Under the pieces are notes generated by a model, which saw only the letters and a program-made list of their open reading frames with translations, was not told the DNA's origin and did not search any database. A stretch of 64,000 nucleotides of DNA, taken from contig CBDCYI010000005.1 of assembly GCA_965224085.1 (NCBI GenBank), forward strand, positions 1,696,001-1,760,000. Direction: 5' to 3'. This stretch comes from Candidatus Marinacidobacterales bacterium (GTDB lineage Bacteria > Acidobacteriota > Vicinamibacteria > Marinacidobacterales > SMYC01). Each line of letters begins with the position of its first letter. Positions within the stretch are counted from its first letter, which is position 1. This document shows positions 49,835-59,172 of the stretch, in pieces. The position numbers and the translations under genes are program-made.

Positions 49835-51043
49835 ATGCGCATCCTCATGATTGCCCCCCAGCCATTCTTTCAGCCGAGGGGTACGCCGTTCAGCGAGTTC
49901 TACCGGATCCGGGCGCTGACTGAGCTCGGTCATCAGGTCGATCTCGTCACCTATGCGATCGGCGAAGATGTCGAGATGCAGGGGCTTCGCATTTTCCGGA
50001 CCCCCGCGGTGCCCGCCATCCGTTCGGTCCGGGTCGGGCCGTCCCTCGCGAAGCTCCCGCTCGATACGCTCGTCTTCACGTCGTCGCTCAGGAGGCTTTT
50101 TTCCGAGCGTTACGACGTTCTCGACTGTCACGAGGAGGCGGGGCTCATGGGTGTCGTCTTATCGAAGCTCTTCGGCGTCCCGACCATCTACGACATGCAC
50201 TCGTCACTTCCGGAGCAGCTCGAGAATTTTCGCTACAGCCGCTCGCGCGTGTTGCGTTCGCTGTTCGACTTCGCGGAGCGCGTAACCATCCGGGGCTCCG
50301 AAGCGGTCATCTATATTTGTCCTTATCTCGGCGCGGTCGTCGATCGCACCGACGCCAAAAAGCCCAAATTCCTCATCGAGAATTCGCCGCTCGCGGAATC
50401 GGGTGAAGCGCTGGCCGAGGAGGAGGCGAAGCGGATCCGCGGTGAGCTCGGCTTGGACGATGCTTTCGTTCTTCTATACACGGGAACGTTCGAGGCTTAT
50501 CAGGGACTCGAGCTTCTTTATGAAGCCGTCGCGCGCGTTTCGGATCCTTCCGTTCGGTTATTGATGGTCGGCGGCAAGCCCGATCAAGTCGAAGCGGCGG
50601 GAAAGAAGGTCGCGCGTTTCGGTATCGCAGACCGGGTCGTTTTTACCGGACAGAAGCCGCCTTCGGAGATGCCGCGCTATCTCGCCGCGGCGGATGCGCT
50701 CGTCTCACCGCGCTCACACGGCAAGAACACGCCGCTCAAGATTTACTCCTATCTCCATTCGGGAAAGCCGATCGTTGCGACCCGCATCCTCACGCATACT
50801 CAAGTTCTCGACGACGCGATCGCGATGCTGACGGAGCCCGAGTCCGAAGCTTTCGCCAAGGGTATCGAAGCCCTCGTAGCGGATCCGGAACGGGCCGGTG
50901 AGCTCGGCGCGGCGGCGCGGCGACTCTCGGACCAAGAATACAGCTACGAGCGTTATCTCGAAAGAACCCGGCGCGTGCTCGACTATGTGTCGAAAAAGCT
51001 CGTTTTACCCGTGCCTCGCGAGACGCCGGCACCTTCGGAGTAG
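49835..51043 (+). CDS. GT4 glycosyltransferase
   Basis: MRILMIAPQPFF.PRGTP, YTGTF..YQG, AADALVSPR, PLKIYSYL.SGKPIVAT. Confidence 0.9.
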   Translation: MRILMIAPQPFFQPRGTPFSEFYRIRALTELGHQVDLVTYAIGEDVEMQGLRIFRTPAVPAIRSVRVGPSLAKLPLDTLVFTSSLRRLFSERYDVLDCHEEAGLMGVVLSKLFGVPTIYDMHSSLPEQLENFRYSRSRVLRSLFDFAERVTIRGSEAVIYICPYLGAVVDRTDAKKPKFLIENSPLAESGEALAEEEAKRIRGELGLDDAFVLLYTGTFEAYQGLELLYEAVARVSDPSVRLLMVGGKPDQVEAAGKKVARFGIADRVVFTGQKPPSEMPRYLAAADALVSPRSHGKNTPLKIYSYLHSGKPIVATRILTHTQVLDDAIAMLTEPESEAFAKGIEALVADPERAGELGAAARRLSDQEYSYERYLERTRRVLDYVSKKLVLPVPRETPAPSE

Positions 51044-51046
51044 TCC

Positions 51047-52192
51047 ATGAGAATCTATCTCGCTATCTTGACGATCAGTTTCGCCGCCAATCTCTCGGCC
51101 CAACCCGATGCGACGTCACGCCCCCGCGCGCGCGAGCTTGGTCTCGCTCCCGGCGTGCTGCTGACAGGCGAGCTCAATGCGATCACCGATGTCCCCGGTG
51201 TGAAAGTCGGCCAGGTCACGATCTGGCGCGGGAGCGACGTGCGCACCGGCGTGACGACCATCCTGGCTCATGACGGTAATTTGTTTCAGGCGAAGGTTCC
51301 CGGAGCGATCCATCTCGGCAATGCTTTCGGGAAGCTCATTGGTTACACCCAAGTGCGCGAGCTCGGCTATATCGAATCGCCCATCGTGCTCACCGGCACG
51401 CTCGCGGTGTGGAACGCTGCGAACGGTGTTGTGAGCTATCTCATGGGACTTCCCGGGAACGAGAACGTACGCTCGTTCAACCCTGTTATCGGCGAAACAA
51501 ATGATGGCAATCTCAACGACATTCGCGGCCGTCACGTCAAAGAAGAGCACGTGCTCGAGTCGATACGGAGCGCGAGCGGCGGCCCGGTTCAAGAAGGTGT
51601 CGTTGGCGCGGGCACGGGCACGAGCGCTTTCGGGTGGAAGGGCGGCATCGGAACGTCGTCGCGGAAGCTTCCGGAAAGCCTCGGTGGCTATACAGTGGGT
51701 GTCCTCGTGCAGAGCAACTATGGCGGCATCTTGCAGATGGACGGCGTCCCAGTGGGTGAAGAGCTTGGCCGCTACTATTTGCGCGACGTCACAACCGGCG
51801 ACGAAGAAAATCCCGACGGCTCGATCATGATGGTCGTGGCGACCGATGCGCCTGTGCTCTCCGCGGGGCTCGAGCGCGTTGCGAAACGCGCCATGCTCGG
51901 CCTTTCGCGGACGGGCGCGACGTCTTCGAACGGAAGCGGCGACTACGTCATCGCGTTGTCGACCGCGCCCGAGCTTCGAAGCGCCTTTACGAGCCGAGAG
52001 CTCAAAGACGGCGCGCCCTCGCTGCGCAACGACAAGCTCTCGCCGATCTTTCAGGCAACCATCGAAGCGACGGAAGAGGCGGTTTACAACTCGATGCTGA
52101 AAGCGGTGGACGTTAGCGGATGGGACGGCAACCACAGAGAAGCGCTACCGCTCGACCGCCTCCGCGAGATCATGAAGAAATACAACCGCTAG
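51047..52192 (+). CDS. Secreted P1 family (DmpA-like) aminopeptidase
   Basis: Signal peptide; NAITDV.GV.VG, GNAFGK, GETNDG, KGGIG, SNYG, DGSI autoprocessing site, NGSGD. Confidence 0.92.
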   Translation: MRIYLAILTISFAANLSAQPDATSRPRARELGLAPGVLLTGELNAITDVPGVKVGQVTIWRGSDVRTGVTTILAHDGNLFQAKVPGAIHLGNAFGKLIGYTQVRELGYIESPIVLTGTLAVWNAANGVVSYLMGLPGNENVRSFNPVIGETNDGNLNDIRGRHVKEEHVLESIRSASGGPVQEGVVGAGTGTSAFGWKGGIGTSSRKLPESLGGYTVGVLVQSNYGGILQMDGVPVGEELGRYYLRDVTTGDEENPDGSIMMVVATDAPVLSAGLERVAKRAMLGLSRTGATSSNGSGDYVIALSTAPELRSAFTSRELKDGAPSLRNDKLSPIFQATIEATEEAVYNSMLKAVDVSGWDGNHREALPLDRLREIMKKYNR

Positions 52193-52193
52193 C

Positions 52194-53441
52194 GTGCCCA
52201 AGATCAAAGTTCTTCAAATCTGTGACCACCTCGGATGGGAAGGATCCCGCATGCACGGGGTCAAGCGGCTCTTTGCATGGATGATCCCTCGCTTCGACAA
52301 AACGCGTTTCGACGTATCGCTTTTGAGCTTGCGCAAAAAGGATCTTTCGGAAGACAAGCTCGAGAGCTACGGCTTCCGCGTCCACTATCTCGAAAAAGGC
52401 AAGTTCGATCCGTTGACGCTTCCCGCGCTCATCGGGCTCTTGAAGCGTCTCGAGATCGACGTAATCCAGACGCATGGCTATGGCGCGACGACCTTCGGTC
52501 GCGCGGCCGCGGCCTATCTCGGGATCCCGAACGTGCTCCACGAGCACGCGAACCTCACCGACACGCCGTGGTTCCAGAAGGTCCCCGACAAGATCTTGGA
52601 TCCTCTGACCGACATCGCGGTTGCCGTTTCCGAATCCACGCGCGAGTTTTGCGTGAGGGGTCGCAAGCTCTCGCCGAAACGAGTGAAGAAAATTTTTCTC
52701 GGCGCTCCGCTCGACGAGTTCCAGCCGTTCTCGCCCGAAGCCCGGCGCGAGGCGCGCCATCGCCTCGGCTTCGAAGATGATGGTGTGAAGCTTTTTGGCA
52801 CCGTCACCCGTCTCCACGAGTCGAAAGGCAATCGCTATTTCGTGGAAGCCGCCGCCGAAGTCGCAAAGAGGATCCCGGAGGCGCGCTTCGTCGTCGTGGG
52901 TGAGGGCCCGCTGCAGCCAGAGCTCGAAGCGCAAGCGACGCGCCTCGGCGTCGGCGATCGCGTCATCTTTCTCGGCTTTCAGCGCGATGTGGCCGCATGC
53001 TTTGCGAGCTTCGACGTCGTTGTTTTTCCCTCTCTTTGGGAAGGCACCCCTTTGACCGTTTTCGAATGTATGGCGCTCCAGCGGCCGATCCTGTCGACGG
53101 ATGTCGATGGCTTGCGCGAAGTGCTCGTGCACGATCAAAATGCGCTCGTCGTGCCGCCGCGCAACGCAAGTGCGCTTGCGGAAGGTATGGTGCGCCTCAT
53201 CGAGGACGAAACGCTCGCGAGTCGACTGGCCGAGCGCGCGCTTGCGACTTCGAAGCGGTTCGGCATCCAGACGTTCGTCGATACGATGGAGCGCCTCTAC
53301 GACGTGCTCGTTGAGCGCTACCGCGCACAAGGCCGGCGACCGCGTTGGGACTACGCGAAGGATTTCGAGTTTCTCGAGGAGCCTTGGCGCGTTCCCGCCG
53401 TCCGAGACGCCCAGCGTGAGCCCCAACCTATAAGCTCGTGA
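52194..53441 (+). CDS. GT4 glycosyltransferase
   Basis: TRLHESKG, VGEGPL, FLGFQRDV, PSLWEGTP...E.MA..PI..TDVDG. Confidence 0.92.
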   Translation: MPKIKVLQICDHLGWEGSRMHGVKRLFAWMIPRFDKTRFDVSLLSLRKKDLSEDKLESYGFRVHYLEKGKFDPLTLPALIGLLKRLEIDVIQTHGYGATTFGRAAAAYLGIPNVLHEHANLTDTPWFQKVPDKILDPLTDIAVAVSESTREFCVRGRKLSPKRVKKIFLGAPLDEFQPFSPEARREARHRLGFEDDGVKLFGTVTRLHESKGNRYFVEAAAEVAKRIPEARFVVVGEGPLQPELEAQATRLGVGDRVIFLGFQRDVAACFASFDVVVFPSLWEGTPLTVFECMALQRPILSTDVDGLREVLVHDQNALVVPPRNASALAEGMVRLIEDETLASRLAERALATSKRFGIQTFVDTMERLYDVLVERYRAQGRRPRWDYAKDFEFLEEPWRVPAVRDAQREPQPISS

Positions 53442-54409
53442 GCGCTCTTTCCGGAAGACTCTCGTTCGCGCTGCGCGTAATGGTGAGTCTCGGACTCATC
53501 GTCTTCATGCTCTCCAGGCTCGACCTCGAGAACATGCTCCGCTTTCTCAGGCGCGCGGATGCGTTTCTCGTCTTTCTCACGCTCACCGCCGTCTTCATCG
53601 ATCGCTCGTTTATGGTGACGCGCTGGATCCAGCTCGTCGAGGCGCTCGACGTCCACGTACCGCGCTGGCGCATGGTGAAGATCTTCTTTCTCAGCACGTT
53701 CTTCGGGAGCTTTCTTCCGAGCGGTGTAGGCGGCGAAGCCGTGCGCGCGGTATCGTTCTCGCAGCTCACGGAGCGGGGCGTCGAGTCGGTCGCGTCGGTC
53801 GTGATGGACCGGCTTCTCGGGCTGCTCTCGATGCTTCTCACGGGGCTTGTCTCGCTCAGCTTTTTCTACAGCGTCTATCCGCACCCCGCGCTTCTAGCTC
53901 TCGTCGTGGCGGGCTCGATCGGGCTCGTGGCGGCGCTCGCCCTCGCTCTTTCACGCCGCGTGCACGCGAAGCTTTTGGCGAGCGGCAAAGACAATTGGTG
54001 GACGAAGGCGGCACAAGCCATGGCGCGCTACCGCGCACGGCTCAAAACACTCGGTTTCGTTCTGCTGCTCTCCGTGGGCGTTCAGTTGTTGCGCGTGCTC
54101 CAAGCTTACTTGCTCTCGGAAGCCATGGGCCTCAGGACCCCCGCGATTTACTTCTTGTGTTTCATCCCGCCGATCCTCATCGTCACGATGCTCCCGATCT
54201 CCATCGGCGGCTGGGGGACGACGAACGTCGCTTATGTTGCGCTCTTCTCGCAAGTGGGGATGGATCCGGACGGAGCTTTCGTACTCTCGGTGTTAATCCT
54301 CGCGCTCGGCGTCATCGGCAATCTTCCCGGCGGATTAATTTACGCTTACGAAGGATTCAGCTCCACGCATGCCGCAAAAGCTCGAGAGCGGAATCCAGAG
54401 AACGCATGA
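53438..54409 (+). CDS. Lysylphosphatidylglycerol synthase TM-region / flippase-like membrane protein
   Basis: FLPSGVGGEAVR, SVVMDRLLG, LPISIGGWG. Confidence 0.85.
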   Translation: MSALSGRLSFALRVMVSLGLIVFMLSRLDLENMLRFLRRADAFLVFLTLTAVFIDRSFMVTRWIQLVEALDVHVPRWRMVKIFFLSTFFGSFLPSGVGGEAVRAVSFSQLTERGVESVASVVMDRLLGLLSMLLTGLVSLSFFYSVYPHPALLALVVAGSIGLVAALALALSRRVHAKLLASGKDNWWTKAAQAMARYRARLKTLGFVLLLSVGVQLLRVLQAYLLSEAMGLRTPAIYFLCFIPPILIVTMLPISIGGWGTTNVAYVALFSQVGMDPDGAFVLSVLILALGVIGNLPGGLIYAYEGFSSTHAAKARERNPENA

Positions 54410-55473
54410 CGAAGACGGCTGTCGAAGTTGCGACGGGCCGCCGCGTCGTCGTCGTGACCTCGGACATACCTTTCGTCGCGGGCGGCCATCGCGTCATTGC
54501 CGACGAGCTCACGAAAGCACTGAAGCGGTCAGGCCACGCCGCCGAGCTCGTGCGCACGCCGCAAAATCGTTTCGGCCGGCAGTTCTCGGCTTACATGGCC
54601 AACTGGTTCACCGACGTTTCTGAGACGGGAGAGAGCGAGCCCGTCGATCAGCTGATCTCGCTCCGCTATCCAAGCTTTGCCGTCCGCCACCCGCGCCACA
54701 TTTGCTGGCTGAACCACCGCATGCGCGAATATTACGACTTGTGGCCCGCACTCAAGCGGCGCATCTCGAAAAAAGCCGTCGTGAAAGAATCTGTGCGCCG
54801 TTTTCTCATCCACCAAGCGGATCACTTCTTGCTCACGCAAAACGTCGACAAGCTCTACGCGCAGTCGAAAACCATCGCCCAGCGTCTGCGTGATTTCGGC
54901 GATATCGAATCTGAAGTTCTCTACCCGCCGCCGCCGGAGCGTCCGTACCGGACAGAGGGCTACGAAAGTTTCGTCTTTGCCGTTTCGAGGCTACATTCGC
55001 TCAAACGTCTCGACCTTCTCGTGAAGGCGATGAAGCATGTTAAGACGGACATCCGCGCGGTGATCGCGGGTACGGGCGAGGAAGAAAACGCGCTCAAAAC
55101 CCTCGCCGGCGAGCTCGGGGTCGGGCATCGGGTGGACTTCGTTGGGCGCGTGGACGACGACACGCTCGTCGACTACTACGCGCGCTGTCGCGGTGTCTTT
55201 TTCGCGCCCTATATGGAGGACTACGGCTTCGTCACGCTCGAAGCCTTTCGCTCGAAAAAACCCGTGATGACGTGCATGGATAGTGGCGGGCCCGCCGAGC
55301 TCGTGTCGGTCGGCCGCTCGGGCTACGTGCTCCTCCCCGAGCCGATGCAAATAGCGACAGAGCTCGACGTTTGGTCGCACAATCGGGAGCTCGCGATCCG
55401 CATGGGGGAAAACGGCGAGGCGGATACCCGCGCCGTCCAGTGGGACCAGGCAGTAAGCGTGCTCCTGTCGTAA
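54406..55473 (+). CDS. GT4 glycosyltransferase
   Basis: ATG overlaps the upstream stop; PFVAGG, SRL..LKR, EDYGFVTLEAF..KPV, DSGGPAE. Confidence 0.9.
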   Translation: MTKTAVEVATGRRVVVVTSDIPFVAGGHRVIADELTKALKRSGHAAELVRTPQNRFGRQFSAYMANWFTDVSETGESEPVDQLISLRYPSFAVRHPRHICWLNHRMREYYDLWPALKRRISKKAVVKESVRRFLIHQADHFLLTQNVDKLYAQSKTIAQRLRDFGDIESEVLYPPPPERPYRTEGYESFVFAVSRLHSLKRLDLLVKAMKHVKTDIRAVIAGTGEEENALKTLAGELGVGHRVDFVGRVDDDTLVDYYARCRGVFFAPYMEDYGFVTLEAFRSKKPVMTCMDSGGPAELVSVGRSGYVLLPEPMQIATELDVWSHNRELAIRMGENGEADTRAVQWDQAVSVLLS

Positions 55474-55558
55474 AACGCGTCATCGTTACGGCGCGGATGG
55501 CGAACCCGTTTGGGGAAGTCACAGGCACGCGTCAGTATGGATGCGCAAAGAGGTTGAC

Positions 55559-56176
55559 ATGAAACGCGCTTTCGTCCTGGGTTCCGTTCTTCTAATGGCG
55601 GCCCTCGCCTGCGCTTTTGTACAAGGCTCGCGGGTCGACCGCGACGAGCTCGCGCGCGTGATCGAGCTTCTCGAGATCGACAGCGGCGACGTCGTCGCCG
55701 ATGTCGGCGCGGGCGACGGCAAATGGTCGGTGGCCGTGGCTGAGCAAGTTGGCCCCGAAGGACGCGTATACGCTACCGAGGTCGACCCGAATGACATGAA
55801 GAAAATCCGCGACCGCGTGGCCCGCGAGCGCGCCACAAACGTAAGCGTGGTCGAAGGCCGCGCGGACAGCACCGGCCTACCCCATGCCTGCTGCGATGCC
55901 ATCCTCCTCCGCCGTGTCTACCACCACTTCACCGACCCAGAGGCGATGCAAGAGAGCCTCCGAAACGCACTCCGCGACGACGCCCGCCTCCTCGTCGTCG
56001 ACTTCGACACGAGGGGCCGGTGGAACCGCCCGTCCGGAATCCCCGAATCGCGCGACGGCCACGGCATCGCCAAAACGCTGCTCGTCACCGAGATGAAAGA
56101 TGCGGGCTTCGAGCTCGTCTCCGACCTAAAGTGGCACAACGGCGACTATGCTCTCGTTTTCCGGAAGCAGCAATAA
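55559..56176 (+). CDS. SAM-dependent methyltransferase with N-terminal signal/TM
   Basis: Hydrophobic N-terminus; VADVGAGDG, VGPEGRVYATEV, VYHH. Confidence 0.85.
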   Translation: MKRAFVLGSVLLMAALACAFVQGSRVDRDELARVIELLEIDSGDVVADVGAGDGKWSVAVAEQVGPEGRVYATEVDPNDMKKIRDRVARERATNVSVVEGRADSTGLPHACCDAILLRRVYHHFTDPEAMQESLRNALRDDARLLVVDFDTRGRWNRPSGIPESRDGHGIAKTLLVTEMKDAGFELVSDLKWHNGDYALVFRKQQ

Positions 56177-56222
56177 TACAAATCTTTTCGTCTTTTTATT
56201 ATTGATCTCTTGCGACCTCTTG

Positions 56223-57182
56223 TTACGGGCTCCACTCGGCGACGAGCTCGGAGGCTATTTGGCCGATTGTTTCTTCGAGCTTCGTGAAGTCGCCTTCGTT
56301 CTGGTTTATAAAGACGGACACGATTGTCGGGCCGCCTTTGTGGAACAGGATCCCGACGTCGTTGCCGGCTACGGGGGGCCAGTCGCCAGTTTTGTGGGCG
56401 ACGGCTACGCCTTCGAAACGGACGAAGCGCGGGAGTCGTGAGCGGTAGAATTGTCGTCTCAAGATGCTGATCATTGCGTCGGTCGACGTGCGGGTTGCGA
56501 GCTCAGCGTTGTATATCTCTTCTAGAAGTTTTGACATTTCTTTCGCGGTTGTCTGTCCGAGCCACTCTTTTGGATTGCCTTCGAAAGCGAAGGTTCGATC
56601 GGAGGCACCTGGGTCGTTGGGGAAGCCTCTTTCGAAGACTTCAGCGTGGGACAGGCTCCGAAGCGACGGATCTTGCATCTCCCAGACTCGGCGGAAGAGA
56701 TCGCCTGTTGTGGCCAGTAGCCGCGTTGAGCGATAACCGCGCTCGGAGAGGAGCTCGTTGACGCGCTCGAGGCCCAGACGGTCGATCATGATGTCGGTTG
56801 CGGTGTTGTCGCTCGTGATGATCATCTGGGTGACGATGTCGCGATAGGTTGGGTTCAGGCCGGGGGCAAAGGCTTGGATCAGGCCGCTGCCGCGGCGGCG
56901 GTCTTCGGGCTTTATCGTGTAGCGCGCGGCGAGGTCTAGTTTGCCCGCCTCGCTGTCGCGAAAGGCGAGTGCCAGGATAGGGATCTTGATGACGGACAGC
57001 GTGTTCATGAGCTCATCGCCGCGCACCGCGACTTCCCGACCTGTCGGGACGTGCTTCGCGTGGAGTGAGCTTTTAGCTGGGAGGGCGTCGAGCTTGGCGG
57101 CGAGGCGCGCTTGGAGTGTCTGGCCGCTGACAGCTGCGGCGCTGCAGGTTGCTAGGAGGACGGTGAGGAAAGTTGGTCTCAT
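56223..57182 (-). CDS. Class A beta-lactamase-like serine hydrolase
   Basis: Signal peptide; SVIK (SxxK), SDN, HKTG. Confidence 0.88.
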   Translation of the reverse strand: MRPTFLTVLLATCSAAAVSGQTLQARLAAKLDALPAKSSLHAKHVPTGREVAVRGDELMNTLSVIKIPILALAFRDSEAGKLDLAARYTIKPEDRRRGSGLIQAFAPGLNPTYRDIVTQMIITSDNTATDIMIDRLGLERVNELLSERGYRSTRLLATTGDLFRRVWEMQDPSLRSLSHAEVFERGFPNDPGASDRTFAFEGNPKEWLGQTTAKEMSKLLEEIYNAELATRTSTDAMISILRRQFYRSRLPRFVRFEGVAVAHKTGDWPPVAGNDVGILFHKGGPTIVSVFINQNEGDFTKLEETIGQIASELVAEWSP

Positions 57183-57234
57183 GCTGCATTCTATGTTGAA
57201 AAATGGCGCCAACGGGTGTATCAACTTAGATCTA

Positions 57235-58101
57235 ATGCGCTTTTTGTGCGCCATCGCTATCTTGCTGGGCTTGGCGGTCCCAGTTGTAGCTCAAGAGGCG
57301 GACAAGCCGGACAAGCCGGACAAGAAAGAAGCGCTCTGGCCAGAGCACGAGAAGTTGGAACACTTCCTCAGCAAGGCCAAAATCACGGAACGTAAGAAGA
57401 TAGGTAAGGGCATTACCAATCCCGAGAAAGTCACCTTGGAGATGGACGGTGTCGTCATGAACGCTATCTACAAGAAGGTCGACAAGAAGCACGACAGCTG
57501 GCGTAACGAAGTGGCGGCCTATGAGCTCGACAAGCTTCTCGGTCTCGGCATGGTGCCGCCGACGGTGAAGCGTAGCATTCGCGGGCGCAAGGGCTGTTTG
57601 CAGCTCTGGGTTATGGGCACCGTGATGAATGAGTACGAGGAAAGCTTTCTCGATATGGATGCGTGGCACGAGCAAGTCAGTGTCATGTGGCTTTTCGACG
57701 ATTTGATTGCCAATATCGATCGCCACTTGAACAACGCGATGATCTCGCCAGACCAGCGGCTAATGCTCATCGATAATTCCAAGACGTTTCGTATCCAGAA
57801 AACGCTGCTCAACGATTTGAACGGCGCGGGTACGGGTACCCACGCGCGCTTTTGGGCCGTGGAGTATGACGGGGACCGAGAGCGATACGACACGCACTAC
57901 CCGCCCGAGCTCATCGAACGATTGCGGACGGTATCCGAGGACGACCTCAAGGAAGCGTTGAAGAAGTTCGTTTGGGGCCGCAATCGTGGTCTTGTTGCCG
58001 ACAGGCTGGAGCTCATCCTCGAACGTATCGACTCCATGGGGCGAGCCGCCTTTCGGCGCGAGAATCGCCCGCCCCTTGGTCCGCCTCGCTCCGCGCATTG
58101 A
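57235..58101 (+). CDS. Secreted atypical kinase-fold protein (PI3/4-kinase/Fam20-like motifs)
   Basis: Signal peptide (VVA-Q); IGKGIT, AIYK, EVAAYELD.LLG..MVPPT..R, G.LQLW, FD.LI.NIDRH..N, LIDN. Confidence 0.72.
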   Translation: MRFLCAIAILLGLAVPVVAQEADKPDKPDKKEALWPEHEKLEHFLSKAKITERKKIGKGITNPEKVTLEMDGVVMNAIYKKVDKKHDSWRNEVAAYELDKLLGLGMVPPTVKRSIRGRKGCLQLWVMGTVMNEYEESFLDMDAWHEQVSVMWLFDDLIANIDRHLNNAMISPDQRLMLIDNSKTFRIQKTLLNDLNGAGTGTHARFWAVEYDGDRERYDTHYPPELIERLRTVSEDDLKEALKKFVWGRNRGLVADRLELILERIDSMGRAAFRRENRPPLGPPRSAH

Positions 58102-58103
58102 AG

Positions 58104-58784
58104 ATGCAGCTTCTCAACCGCCAAGGTTTTACAGGAGAGCTCTGGGCGTCCGCCGAGCCCATTTTCCGGGAAATTGTTCGGCACCCTTTCGTGACCGGTC
58201 TCTCGGATGGAACGCTCGATCAGGCGGCGTTTCGTTTCTACGTCGTCGAGGACGCGTACTACCTCACGGAGTTCGCCCGCGCCTTGTCTATCGCGGCGTC
58301 GAAGGCTCCTCGCGACGAATGGATCGTGCGCTTGAATCGCGACGCGATCGGCTCACTCGAAGCGGAGCGCGCGCTCCACGAAAGCTACTTTCGCGATTTC
58401 GGACTCTCCGGAGCCGAGATTCAGAATCGCCAGCCGGCTCCTTCGACTCTTGCCTATACGAGCTATCTCATCGCGTCCACCTGTTCCGGTGCTTTCTCAG
58501 AGGCCCTCAGCGCCGTGCTTCCCTGCTATTGGATCTACTTGGAAGTCGGCAAGGCGCTTGCGGCCAAAGGCTCGCCGAATTCTCTCTACCAAAGGTGGAT
58601 CGACAACTACGCGAGCGACGAGTACGAGGCCGAAGTCCGCTCCATCCTCGACATGATGGACGAGGTCGCCGCGTACGCATCCACGCCTGCCAAGAAGAAG
58701 ATGCTCGAACGCTATGTCACGACCTCTCGTTACGAATGGATGTTCTGGGACATGGGTTACCGGCAAGAAGCGTGGCCGGTGTGA
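58104..58784 (+). CDS. tenA: Thiaminase II
   Basis: HPFV...DGTL...FRFY..D..YL..FAR, LPCYWIY, WI..Y, YEWMFWD. Confidence 0.9.
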   Translation: MQLLNRQGFTGELWASAEPIFREIVRHPFVTGLSDGTLDQAAFRFYVVEDAYYLTEFARALSIAASKAPRDEWIVRLNRDAIGSLEAERALHESYFRDFGLSGAEIQNRQPAPSTLAYTSYLIASTCSGAFSEALSAVLPCYWIYLEVGKALAAKGSPNSLYQRWIDNYASDEYEAEVRSILDMMDEVAAYASTPAKKKMLERYVTTSRYEWMFWDMGYRQEAWPV

Positions 58785-59172
58785 GTGTTTCCGAAGAGAT
58801 TCAAGCTGGTCTTCTCGATTGAGCGCGCCGCTTCACGACGGCGCTTTCTCGGATAGGGGGGCCGGTACGAGAAACGCGAGATAGGCGAGTGCACCCAAAG
58901 CGCGGTCCACGGGTGCGCCGCGGCGAGCTCCGTGTTCAGATATGTGGCGTCGACGAGAAACAACAACCCGACGAGAAAGGCCATCCGCGCATCGCGCTCG
59001 AGACGAACGCGTCGCAATAGAAGGACAGCGAGACTCAATGAACTAGTGCCCGGCTGCTCGCTTCGCTCCTTCGGCCCGAACACTTCGACAGCGGAAAGCC
59101 GACCGAAAGCGAGGCGACAAGCGTGCTCGGCGAAGAAGAGGAGTGAGCCGCGCACTGAGCAAGAAAGTGACG

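Noticed and set aside
57301-57326. GACAAGCCG tandem repeat as a phase-variation tract
   Set aside because: It is an in-frame 9-nt unit encoding a DKP linker, so copy changes would not switch expression.
58785-59172. Open minus-strand frame with a hydrophobic stretch between tenA and the DASS gene
   Set aside because: No clear start or recognisable motif; it may be a membrane-gene remnant but cannot be supported.
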